Positions 13,745 to 25,557 of a stretch of 63,741 nucleotides of DNA are shown piece by piece; position 1 is the stretch's first letter, and each line of letters opens with the position of its first letter. Made by a program: the position numbers and the translations under genes. The stretch lies in the NCBI RefSeq assembly GCF_001194135.2, contig NC_068982.1:114177794-114241534 (forward strand). Reading direction: 5' to 3'. The notes beneath the pieces were generated by a model. That model worked only from the letters and a program-made list of their open reading frames with translations. It was not told the DNA's origin and did not search any database. Source of the stretch: Octopus bimaculoides (lineage: Eukaryota).

Positions 13745-13790
13745 GAAGCTTCTGACGTTTCGGATGGAACCCTTCTTCAGATTCAGGATA
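13745..13790 (-). ncRNA. minimal hammerhead-ribozyme-like motif (Penelope-type footprint)
   Basis: Minus strand CTGAAGA-A-GGG-TTCCA-TCC-GAAAC-GTC-AG. Core intact, 3-bp stem II, stem I poorly paired. Confidence 0.55.
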
Positions 13791-13989
13791 ACGAGAAAAT
13801 AGGAAAGACACAAGTATTTTATATCTACTGTTTCAAATGGCTGCAACTGACAGTGAACGCAAAAGAACGTGAGAATGCATACGTAGATGGGAAGTAGTAG
13901 GCGAGAGAATTTAAATGAGAGGGGTTGGAGGAAATAGAAAGAGGGAGAAAAGCAGACCACCAGTGACCTAGATTATATATATGTGTGTG

Positions 13990-14058
<69 letters not shown>

Positions 14059-14246
14059 ATGTATGTATGTATATATTAGAGGAAAAGGGCAACAAAAACC
14101 AAGGCAGGACGAGTATCTCAAGTCATGTTGGCGCCCAGCATATGACTAATTATAGCATTTACTCAGCGTACCTATTCGTTAGGATCAACGATGAGCTAAA
14201 CCCCTCATATTCTTTATATATATATATATATATATACATGTACATA

Positions 14247-14282
<36 letters not shown>

Positions 14283-14302
14283 CNNNNNNNNNNATATATA
14301 TA

Positions 14303-14945
14303 CAGTATCTCACAGAAGTATGTACACTCCTAAAACATTTCAGTAAAATTGCCATTACTCTGATAATATCGAAGGAAACCAAATGAAATTTATCCTAAAT
14401 AAAATATACTATACATGCGAGCATTATACTAATTTGGAACTTTGGAACGATAAGTATTTTCCAGGATATGAGCGAAATATTAATTTTCAAACGTTACAAA
14501 AATATATACACCCCAAAGGAAATTTGCTATATTCAATATTTTATCCACTTCTTTTTTTGCTAAATTCAGATACAGCTGACAATTTCAATTCTAATAAATT
14601 ATTTCTCCTGGCATTTTTGCACCGGTCATTGTTATTGCATCTGCAGGAATTCTGATTTACGTACCATGGTGAAAATTTTATTCATTGGGATTAAAATGGC
14701 ACGAAAAGGAAAAGAATTGTCTCAAGATTTGAAGAAAATTGTTTTTAATTTGCACAAGAATGGTTTAGGGTACAAGTTAATTAGCAAACGAATACATACT
14801 AGCGTAAACACAGTTGCCAAAGTAATTCAGAAGTACAAAGTTACTGAGCAGCTAAGCAATAAGCATCGTCCAGGTCGTCCTTCTATTTTAAATGCCTGTG
14901 ATACTCACTACATCCAACGTTGGGTGATGGACGACAAGCAAATCG
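14303..14945 (+). mobile_element. Tc1 transposon 5' fragment (left TIR plus N-terminal HTH region)
   Basis: TA|cagtatctcacagaagtatgtacactcc TIR at 14303. ORF MARKGKELSQDLKKIVFNLHKNGLGYKLISKRIHTSVNTVAKVIQKYK...RPGRPSIL (paired-like HTH and GRP motif). Truncated before the DDE domain. Confidence 0.85.
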
Positions 14946-15169
14946 AATTGAACACAAAACAAATCGAATACTTGGACCAGATATGGCCAGTTTAAATTCC
15001 TAAGGATTAAAGATCACCATTTTATTTTTTAGATCGATACCATATTTCCATTTACAAAAGAGCCCTAATCAACAACCTGGATTTCATATATTTCACTAGT
15101 CACCAATTAGACTTCTACATTCATTGTCAGTATACTATTAGATCATCTCTGGTCCTGGTTATATAAGTG

Positions 15170-15700
15170 ACAAGAATGGGATGCTGAGTCGCTGTAGTAT
15201 AATCTTCTATTTGTCTAAGTAGTCTGTGAGACTGAATGGCCTTCAATGAAGAATTGGACGGAAGAATTGTTCTGCAATAACTTAACAGAATTAACAAAAT
15301 TCGTAATATATGTCAGTGTGCTGTGGAAAGAGTAAGTTTTGAGGCTTCTGGCAAGGATCATTAATACAGACCGTCACTGTTCTCCTTTTCACTACATATA
15401 ACAAATTTCATTCTAGATTCTCGGCTTGATCCTGTCGCAAAACGTTCTTCAAACTACATTTTAGACAGCAGAACACAGAACAAGTGATGTTCACACATTA
15501 CCTTACACCTAATATGTTATTGTTGTTTAAATATTGTCTAAACTATTCATCGCAACTTTTGAATGAATATTTGTATTGGCATTAACGATGAATCGATTCG
15601 ATCTCTGATCGTCATCAAACTTCTTATTTTGAAGTATTTACAGACATTATCAAATGATTTAGATCTGCAAATGTACATGCACCAGTGATTTGCTCAGCTG
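15170..15700 (-). mobile_element. possible highly decayed hAT transposase C-terminal remnant
   Basis: Scattered frame-shifted patches (YFKQQ, CLKC-FEE, LFPQ, IAEQFF...TDYL...QRLS) are reminiscent of the hAT dimerisation region. Confidence 0.3.
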
Positions 15701-16262
15701 ACAAGAACATGGATATCTTTTGTTTAGAAATAAAGTTTCCCAGTTTGAATTAATTGCTTTGTACTGTTACTGATGTATGGCATTTCAGTTGACTTCTGAA
15801 ACGGTTATGTTCATTCTCAAAGTTCAAACGAAGTTTTGAATGAAAAACATTACCACTGTTGAAATTACGTTAACATTCTATACCTATTCAGAAAGTTCAC
15901 GTAAAGTTCAGGATATACTTTGTGTAATCTGGTAAGGTATTTCAGAATAATTATACAAACGAAATTGAAATAAATATTTATAAACTTTGACACTTCTATG
16001 AGAAAAACAATTAAGAAATATAGTTTTCTTAATTTAACATGAAAGATAAGCGATCCCTTACCGAATACTTGAACTTATTACCACCGTTCATACATTTCCA
16101 ACAACGACACTGTTGGAAACATTTCAGCTTTCTGATGACCATTGAAATTATTAAATGTCAATTGTTTATTGCTAATTTTATCTTTATCTGGTTTTGGGTT
16201 TTTTTAAAGAATATATCTACGTTCTTAGAGTCGCAAAGAGATCCCAATTCTTTCATAGATGA

Positions 16263-16740
16263 CTAGCAGAGATACCCGGCGTTGCTCGGGATTAAAATGG
16301 TATAGTTTGTTTATATATATATTACAGTTATGTTGAAGTAGGTGATACGGGAAAGTGCAGCATTGACGACAAAACATTTGTGGAGTAAATGATGGTCTAA
16401 TTTGACTAAACTACATGTACTACGTCCATCTGGACGTATTACATGTCTATTACACGTCGTGGAAAATTGGGGGTGGGGGTATGTAATTTTTGAGCCCACC
16501 AAAAAGCTGTCAGTGGATATACTCGCCTTTGAGGCGGTCAGCGCTGCGTGTAGCATGACCCATCGTACGGTTGACAGTCAAGTGAATGGCGGTGTTATTG
16601 TACGTAAATGGATACATTCTAGAAATGGGCTGCAATGAGGGACGGTAATGAGGAAGTGAATTGTTGAAAGGGGCTGAGGAGGAGCTGGTAGTGCTGGCAA
16701 TCTTACCTTACCGCCGGAGCAGCATATGCCATTAGTTTCA
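16263..16740 (-). mobile_element. Helitron-like element, 3' terminus at 16263 (5' end not identified)
   Basis: Minus strand hairpin cccg-agcaacgc-cggg followed 8 nt later by CTAG|T, the canonical Helitron 3' end. The right boundary is a guess. Confidence 0.6.
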
Positions 16741-17744
16741 TTTGGAAATTTGAAAGCTTTGCAGAAACGACAATTTGTGCAGAATTACCATTTTTATAAG
16801 AATGTGACGGATCATATCTGAAAGCAGCTCCATATCAACATTCTTGAGGCATCAGCCGAATCTTTTACTGTCCTAATCTTTCCACTAAATTTATTACCTT
16901 CTGTTACTTGTATTCTAAACTACACGCAAACGCCGTCTCCTTCTCCCAACCAAGTTTTTAACAACATCCCTTCATCGCTACATCTATTTGATCGTATGCG
17001 AGCTATCTAATGAAGGACAACCATCACACATCTGTATATTTCATAATACTCATTTGACTTCCGACTTCTATGGTACTTCCACACAATTATGAGGTCGGTG
17101 AGTTGGTGTTACGTTTACTATATGCCACATGCACGTAGTTCTAAATTATTTCAAAGTTACACACAGATTGCACTGTAGGATACATTTTATCGGCTTGCAA
17201 AAAGCTATCACAATAATTTCAGCCAAAGACAGCGATTTAAAGAGATGGAGGTAGATGAGAGTAAAAAGAAAGAGAGCAGGATACAGTGTAAGGTGAATAA
17301 GCATAAGGTGAATATGCTTAAAAACACAATCGGCTGAGAGCAAATGGTCGGAATGCGTCCGTATAAGGACACTTGGTGTTCCACTGTAGTTATTTCCACA
17401 AACCAAAGCAGGAAAGTTTGGTAGAGTGGGATGTGGCTAAAGAAAAAATAACTAGAAATATTTTCTGCCATAATTAATTATCTTCATAGAAATGACGTTA
17501 GACCACTTTCAAATGTTGACATGCTTTGCCTGAGAGATTTCAATGATTCGACAGAATGTTTTGTTTAACTGTTACAGACACAAACACGTATCAATCATTT
17601 TCGGATAATTTATACAGTGACCTGATTTCTGAAACTACAAACTGACAAAGCTCATGTGTTATAAAAGCAATTCTGATCAGAAAGGAAATAAATCTCTTTA
17701 ACGAGATAATGTTAGTCATGTTAGTTTCTATGCAGTCACACAAT

Positions 17745-17925
17745 ATGCTAAAAATAGCAGCCCGACCTCCTAAAAATTACATCAATCTGTTTTTAAGAGG
17801 TGGGATACACTAGATAATGCATTATCCAGTGTATCCACCCCAAAAGGAAAAAGATGGAGTATCATGGTCGTAGCACTTTTGATCAATGGCCAAATGTCAA
17901 GTAGACCAACACCAGGCAATATGTT
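17745..17925. mobile_element. short interspersed repeat family C copy containing a 34-bp palindrome
   Basis: Shares gcta-aaatagcagcc / gatacact-gataatg / gatgg-cat motifs with 33770-33990 and 52335-52490. Confidence 0.55.
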
Positions 17926-18565
17926 AGTCATGGCAGTTAAATTTTACTAAAATATTACTATCATCTTTAGATAATTCATAACCAATTAAAGTTAGAATAT
18001 GAGCAAGTCTGAGACAAAAATGCAGAGCTGTAACGGTTGAAATTTGTTTAACGTAGGGTTTAACCCTTAAACGACGAACATCATCAATTGATGTTTTAAA
18101 AGTTTTACATGGATATAGCCGTCATTAAACAAGATAAGTGAATATTTTCCAGCTCTTTTCGATAGTGTGATTGTAAATTTAGTCTGAGAGACTAAAACTT
18201 ATACCTATTTAAATTGAAGATAAGTTTAGAAATTACCTTTAAGAAAAAGAGTTTCTTTTTTATTTCCCCATTTGTGACATATTCATGCAGCCCTTTCCCA
18301 CCGTAAATAAAAACACCTATGAGGGTAAATAAACTTTTCCCAATAATGGTTTTGCCAAGGTAAATTCTAGTTCTACAGAATAAAGAGCATTTCTGCCCTA
18401 GTCACCTCTTTTAATGGTATGTTGATTTACACTATCTCATGTGTTCTTTCCATTCATCAGATAGGAAGAAATTATTAGTGGCTGCTGCTTCTAGAAGGTG
18501 AGATGAGTTACATAGATCTTTCGCTGACTCGCATGCTTGCGTGCGGGTGCGTGTGNNNNNNNNNN

Positions 18566-18599
<34 letters not shown>

Positions 18600-19026
18600 C
18601 GTGTGTGTGTGCGTGCGTGTGCTTGTGTGAAATTTCATCTCTCTTTCAACGATGAAACCGTTCAAAATATACAATGAATTCAGCGCATGAAAGTCGTGAA
18701 ATAAGTTAATTTCGAGTGCCGTTAGGAGGTGAATCTTGACGATTCAGCTCTCTGCCCATATACAAAATAGAAAATAAACTAATTTCTACCTGCCGATATA
18801 TGGCTAATTATTTCCTCGAAACTTACAAAGCAAAGAAGTCTTTATATGTGACCGATTGCAGCAAGCTGCAACGATTTATAACATTTACATCACTAACAGT
18901 TCTCCATTTCCCTTTGCAACACTCTCAGCTCTATGGTCAACCGATAGGACAATCTAAGTAAACCACTCTGAGCTAATTGACTGTTTATGTCACACACACA
19001 CACACACACACACACATGAATATACA

Positions 19027-19912
19027 CAGGGTGCGGTTAATAAACTTTGTCTAAATTACACAGAAATGAAAATAACACTGACATCTCATTTTAACAGATA
19101 TTTTTACCAAAATTACATAAAAATACCTTCAAATACTAAAGGATAAACTTATTCCATAAAATCACCATTGGTTTTAACCACGGCCTTCAGACGACCTCGG
19201 AATCTCCTGCAACTCTTCTAGACGGTCTCCTTGCTTAAGTTGATGAATGCTGCCATAATCCTTGCCTTCTTTTCATTTTTAGTGTAACAAGAAGTTTTGT
19301 TGGTCTCTTGCTCAACTGCGTCCCACACATATTAATCAAACCGGTTGCAATCTGAGGAGTTAGGTGGCCAGATATTAGGTGTGATGTGGACGTAAAAATT
19401 GTCTGACAGCAATGACTTGGTTCTCTTGCTTGTGTGGCATGATGCAGAACCCTGTTGCCAAACATATGGTCTTCCAGTAGCCACCCTCTTGACTCAGAGC
19501 AGCACTAACTCCTCTAGGCACTTGATATAGGTCTTCATGTTGAGTCTGAGGCCACGTGGGAAGATGAATGGAAGCAAAACGTCACCATCACTAGTGATCA
19601 CTCCAAACACTATGATATTGACTGGATGTTTGATTTTTATCACTCTTGGTGCATGTCCTAAGATTGCACTGTTCTCAGATTGACACCCAAGCACTATGAA
19701 ATGTTCGCATTTAGAGCTTCCGGAGCGAATGCCAAGCAGTACAGCATGCCGTTTCCAAATTTCTGGCAGAGTGAATTGCATTATGGTGCTGTTTTTCCTC
19801 GCAGACATTGCCTAACGGACCCTATTATACTGTGTAGTCGACAAAATCAAAAACAAACAATGCGCATGCATAAAATTAAAAATATAAAACACCGACAAAT
19901 TACCCATCGCAC
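19027..19912 (-). mobile_element. DD37D (maT-type) Tc1/mariner transposon, internally deleted and decayed
   Basis: Minus translation KHPVNIIVFGVITSDG...YVWQQ[G]SASCH...WPPNSSDCNRF[D]*YVW has exactly 37 residues between the 2nd (mutated D to G) and 3rd catalytic positions. N-terminus QFTLPEIWKRHAVLLGIR. Degenerate TIRs gtgcg...tttgtc at about 19027 and 19912. Confidence 0.85.
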
Positions 19913-20393
19913 AATTTGAATATTGTANNNNNNNNNNNNNNNNNNNNNNNNNNNNNNNNNNNNNNNNNNNNNNNNNNNNNNNNNNNNNNNNNNNNNNNNN
20001 NNNNNNNNNNNNNNNNNNNNNNNNNNNNNNNNNNNNNNNNNNNNNNNNNNNNNNNNNNNNNNNNNNNNNNNNNNNNNNNNNNNNNNNNNNNNNNNNNNNN
20101 NNNNNNNNNNNNNNNNNNNNNNNNNNNNNNNNNNNNNNNNNNNNNNNNNNNNNNNNNNNNNNNNNNNNNNNNNNNNNNNNNNNNNNNNNNNNNNNNNNNN
20201 NNNNNNNNNNNNNNNNNNNNNNNNNNNNNNNNNNNAAATATATGTTATTAGAAATTCTTCAGAAAGACGAATTAAGTAATATAAATTTTAAATTTGGATG
20301 AAGCATTTATATTTAGTTAGTAATAAGGAACAGTATACATAGTTGGGCTGAAAGAAAGAAGTGCAAATCATATATTACAGGGAAAAAAGAGAG

Positions 20394-20438
<45 letters not shown>

Positions 20439-21413
20439 AACCGCTAGGATTTTACATTACGTAGTTACATTATGTGTGTGTGTGTGTGTGTGTGTGTTTG
20501 CGAACGTGTGTGCGTATTTACTCTATATGTAAGCGTGACGCAAGACTGGAGGGTAGCTGTTATAACACTTGCATGTGAGTGAAGTGTATCAATTTCAAAC
20601 AAACAGCCACTTACGTAAGGACTCCGAGTAAACCATCAAACAATTTTCTGCCTTTTCGAAACGGTAAACATGATTGGAAATTATAGACTGCTTTTTGCAT
20701 ATGATCGTTAATTATATTCTATTTCATACAAATTTATTTCCTTTGACTCTCAGCGTCTATTTTCCGATAATTTATATTATTTTTAAAAATCATACTGCCA
20801 GAAATACGATGTAAAATAATTTTTTTTAAATACCTAAAAATTGAAAAAATTAAAAAAAAATTAAATTGGGGTAACAGTTTTGAAATATAGGAAACATTGG
20901 CTATGTATATATGCATTTGTGTGCATGTCTGGCGTGCATGTATTTTCTTTGAGATTTATTCAAATTATTCTCTTTATTTATGAAATATGTATGCATATGT
21001 ATGTATGAAAGAACGTATGCATTTTTGGATGCATGTATGTATGCCTGGTATGTATTCATGCGTTGCTTTGCATTGAAATTTATTCAAATTTTTCTTTCAA
21101 ATTTATTTATGCTTCTTCTATTTATGTTTGTATTATGTATATATTTGTAGGTGTATATGTAATTTTATACACCAGAAGTGTGTGTATGCATGTACCACTA
21201 TCTTGAACTGTGTGCGTTCAATGTTTCTTCCCCTTCAGTTTATGATAGTTGTTCCTACTACAGTTTTGTTATCATCAATATTAACAATATTATTATTATT
21301 TTTATCGTAATTCCCACCACAGTGGTGATCACATTTTGCCCTCCCCTACTCTCATTATATATGTACACTCCCAACGAGTTTGTTTATAAGCATTTTTGTA
21401 TAAATATTTTGTT

Positions 21414-21633
21414 CGGGGAGTTGCTGAAAACTTCCTGGCTTTGGGTAGAAGAAAATATAGGAGTATCAGGTAATCATGATCTTATTCAACATATTCTCCT
21501 TTCGAATTCACACATTTAGTGCAGCAGTACTTCAGTTGTTCTAAGCCCTGCAAAAAAAAAACCTCGGAAGTTTGATCCTCTAACCAGGCCTTCGCGATAC
21601 CCTTAAAGCCAGGAACTTTTTAGTACTCCCTCG
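21414..21633. mobile_element. mariner-type MITE (about 220 bp)
   Basis: 29-bp TIRs 21414-21442 and 21605-21633 (ctgaaaacttcctggcttt / aaagccaggaactttttag), about 22/29 identical. Confidence 0.75.
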
Positions 21634-21687
21634 TTTATATGAAGCCTTTGTGGCCAATAAACTATCGTCGTTGTTGATATATTTTTA

Positions 21688-21899
21688 AAGCGGCGAGCTG
21701 GCACAATTGTTAGCACGCCTTAAAAAATGCTTAGCGGCATTTCATCCATCTGTACGCCCTGTGTTCAAACTCTACCGAGGTCAACTTTGCCTTTCATCCT
21801 TTCGTCGTCGAAAACTTAAGCAACAGTCAAGTACCGGGGTCGATGTTATCGACTTACCCACTCATCGCAAATTTCAGGCCGTGTGTCTATAGTTGAAAA

Positions 21900-21960
<61 letters not shown>

Positions 21961-22185
21961 TCAGGCGACGAGCTAACAGAATCGGTACAACGCCGGGTAA
22001 AATGCTTAGCGGCATTTCGTCTGTCCTCTTGTTCCGAGTTCAATTCTGCCGAGGTTGACTTTGCCTTTAATCCTTTCGGGAGTCGATTAAATAAGCACCA
22101 ATTGAGTACTGGGGTCGATTTGATCGACATAAGCCTCCCACAAAATTGCTGCCCTTGTGGAAAAATTTGAAATCATTGTTATTAT
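21688..22185 (+). mobile_element. two tandem SINE-A copies (21688-21899, 21963-22172) separated by (ATT)n
   Basis: tRNA-like head (A box tggcagaatcg, B box gttcaaatt) plus gcctttcatcctttcggggtcgataaa.aagtaccag core, recalled as Deu/Nin-domain-like. Confidence 0.9.
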
Positions 22186-23809
22186 TATTCCTTCGTAACA
22201 TAGTGTAGGTAAAACTGCACCGGAGTCTTTAGTCATCTTTCAAGTCACAACAAGGACCTCAGACGGATAATACTTTCCTTAAGAAGTGCGTTGTGCCCAA
22301 TCTTGCAAAAAGCGGCCTTATTAGGCTTAAGAAGTTTTGATATTTCAATGGGGTTGAGGCCAACGCTCCGATCACCGCTAGTATCACTTTTATATTACCC
22401 TCTCGCGTTCCATACAGTCTTACCATCTCCACAGTCAATTCGGAGGTACTGTACTACATTTCATAAGTAATGTAGTACAGTAAGAAATGCAGTCAGTAAC
22501 ATTAAACTTACCAAACAAGCGCTGTTATTGTTTCTTATGCTTCACACGTGAACAAATAAAAATATCGCGTGTTCTGCAGAAAAGAAGAACCAGATGAATA
22601 TGTAAAATAATAATTTTTTTTAATAAGCCCACTGGCTTATTCGCAACACTCGTGACTGTTTAGGCATTGTGATTTTGTGTATATCGCTATCAGAGATACC
22701 GCTGCTATCTCCAACGTTCGAGCTTCTACCATTGACAAGACCAGAGAAGGCCGAAATCCCGTGATCTGGTAATCTCGGCGGTGGCGATGGGTAAGGGTGG
22801 GGGTAATTTATATCCTCGTTAACGATGTAAACAAAAGTACTTCTATGCACCACAAGCCAATATGAAAGGTTCACTCATCGTAACTATCACGGTATCCTGT
22901 GTTCTAACACAAGATCCACTTTTAGATGGTGACAAATATTACCTTTTGAAAATTTAATAACGATTCATTGGTAATCAGTGAAATAACCATGTACTGTTGC
23001 CTTTTAATATTTCGATGCATTTGAGAATGTTTTCGTTTCTATATTGTCACACTGTTTCACTACTTTAATAATACGAACAATCCGAAAGCAATGACTGAAC
23101 TACTATTTTAAAAGTTTGGGCTCCTAATATACACAATCTTTTGTGTGTGTGAGAACTCCGACAACCGACCATGTTTATAAATACAAACATGTATCACTTC
23201 AAAAATAAAAGCACACAAATACACTACACACACACAGACTCACACACAAATTCTGCATACAGGAATCAATAGATTGCATGGTATCTGATGATCTAAGAAA
23301 CATTAATTACACATGATATTAGACATGATCAAATGTTAATAGATATAATTTTCGACATGTTTCTTAATCTTATAGCATGTGTCAACATTTCAAGAAAATA
23401 CTCAGGAAATAATGTAATGATATTTGATAAGCTAATTCATCTTTGATAAGAGAATTAAAATTGACTTTCCAACGAAGGACAAACTACCGTATATACTATT
23501 GCATATTTTATTAAATTGAATTATGTCGGTATGAGTGTTGTGAATGTTAAGAAATGAAGAGTGAATGAGACAGTAAGGGGAAAAACTTAATGTGTTAGAG
23601 GGATTAAAGGAGAGGGTAAGAACTATAGAGTGGGATAGTGTGGCAACATAGAGATATTTTCACGTCACCAAATGTAAAAATCAAGTGACATATCACGCGA
23701 CCATCACGCAAGAAAACATAAATTCAACTTATGTTATAATTTAATATGCTATAATTGTAATTTTATGTTAATGTGAGGAATTTTTCTAGGGCGGCGTATA
23801 TGAGAAATG

Positions 23810-23945
23810 CTAAAACGGCAGATAATATGCCTAGCAGCATTTAGTGTATGGGCTGTCCAGTTGTGGCTGACTTCAACTTTCACCCGTTCGGGGTCGATGA
23901 AATACGTAAAATACAGCAAAGTGGTTGTCGGATTTAACTGGTCAC
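23810..23945 (-). mobile_element. decayed SINE-A fragment
   Basis: ttcacccgttcggggtcgatgaaatacg core on the plus strand. Note: this reads in the SINE sense direction on plus, so the strand call is uncertain. Confidence 0.5.
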
Positions 23946-24149
23946 ATCTTTGTTTAAAGTGTTCAAATTCTAGAAATAATCTCCGGCTATACTTTGAGTA
24001 CATTTTTTGCACAAGAAACTGCCCTTCACATGTACGCCTGCGTACATGCAGTATGAACGAATGGTAGTTCACTTCGGAGCTGGTGGTCCTGATTTCAATC
24101 GCACTATTTTGTGTTGTATAAGAATTGCCATTTCTTCCCAAGCTAACTT

Positions 24150-25499
24150 TTCTTTCTTCTTTATCGCATACCTTGTCGTCAGCTGGGCATGGTATATCTA
24201 TGACCCAGCATATTTTGTTTTCTTTCTCAATTAAGACTATGTGCAGCTTCCTATTCTCAATCTCATGGTCGCACTGAATCATAAAATCCCATAGGATCTT
24301 TGCATTTCTATTTTCGACAATGCCTTTAGGTTTGTGGTCGTACCAATTTTTTGCTCTGTCAAGTCCATACTTGTTGCAAAGTGTCCAATGGACAAGCCTG
24401 GCTATATTGTTGTGACGTCTCTTATATTCTTTTTGGGTTAGTGGCGTACATTGGCTGGTAATATAGCATACGGTCTCACCGTTTTTTCCACAGATTCTGA
24501 ACTTATCACTTTCTGATGTGCTGTCTATTCTGTATCTTGTGTAGTTTGTTCTTAGTGCTTGCTCTTGGGCAGCACAGATTGGAGCCTCCGTTTCCGGTTT
24601 TAAATCACTTTTAGTCATCTACAGCCGTTTTTTTTTTGTCTGTCTTATCTTCAACATCCCTATGAAATTGACCATGCATTCTTTTCTTTACCCACCGATT
24701 TTCAGTTTCATTCGTTTTCAATTTCTTGTATAGTGCTTTATCTTTGCAATATTTCATCCTACACCAGTCTAACCTTCTTACTTCTAGCAATAGAGGTTCT
24801 GTGGCATTTTTTACATACCATGCTATGTTTTTTTCTTCTGATCTAATGCTGTGTTCGCATCCAATAAGTCCTCTTCTCTCTCTTTTGTCTTAGTACATAC
24901 AGTCTGTCTGTGTCACTTTTGGGGTGGAGTGACCCATATCAAGTTAGCAACTTCCTTGTCTTTCTGTCTAAGTTGTTTAGTTCGTCTACTGTCCATGCGA
25001 TTACCCCTGCTCCATATCTAAGGAGTGAAACCACCCAGCTTCGATCTTATTCCGTCCGTTTAATTTCGACTTAAGGATCAGTCTCAGTCTGCAGAAGTAC
25101 TCAACCTTAAATTTTTCTGTCATTTCTTTCTCCATCAATTTATCCATTTCCAAAATCCCCAAGTACTTATATCCCGTCTCTTCTATCTGCTTCATAACCT
25201 ACCCCGACGGTATCGTTAGTCCGTCCATACATTTGATTTTGCCTCTCTTCAATACTAACACAACACACTTCCTCAGTCCGAATTCCATTCTGATTTCAGC
25301 ACTGAAGGTATACACCGTATCAATGAGGGAACTGACTTGGGCTTCATCTTTACCATAAAGTTCGAGATTATTCATGAATAACAAATGGTTTACTTTTTGG
25401 TAACATACCCAGCTTTTGCTTTCCTCAGAATCAGTGTTAGTGGTATCAAGCACAGTACAAATATCAGTGGGGACAGGCGAAGATGCCCCTCCTAATTTC
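24150..25499 (-). mobile_element. Dong/R4-clade RLE non-LTR retrotransposon remnant (5'- and 3'-truncated)
   Basis: EIRRGIF-(QGDS deleted)-LSPLIFVLCLIPL, NHLLFMNNLELY (FMDD mutated), YKYLGILE, LDRKTRKLL, MHGQF, LKPETEAPICAAQEQALRT, degenerate CCHC (FRICG..VCYITSQC), RRHNNIA, KILWDF, RKLHIVL (PD lost), IDIPCPAD. Frameshifts and stops present. Confidence 0.9.
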
Positions 25500-25557
<58 letters not shown>

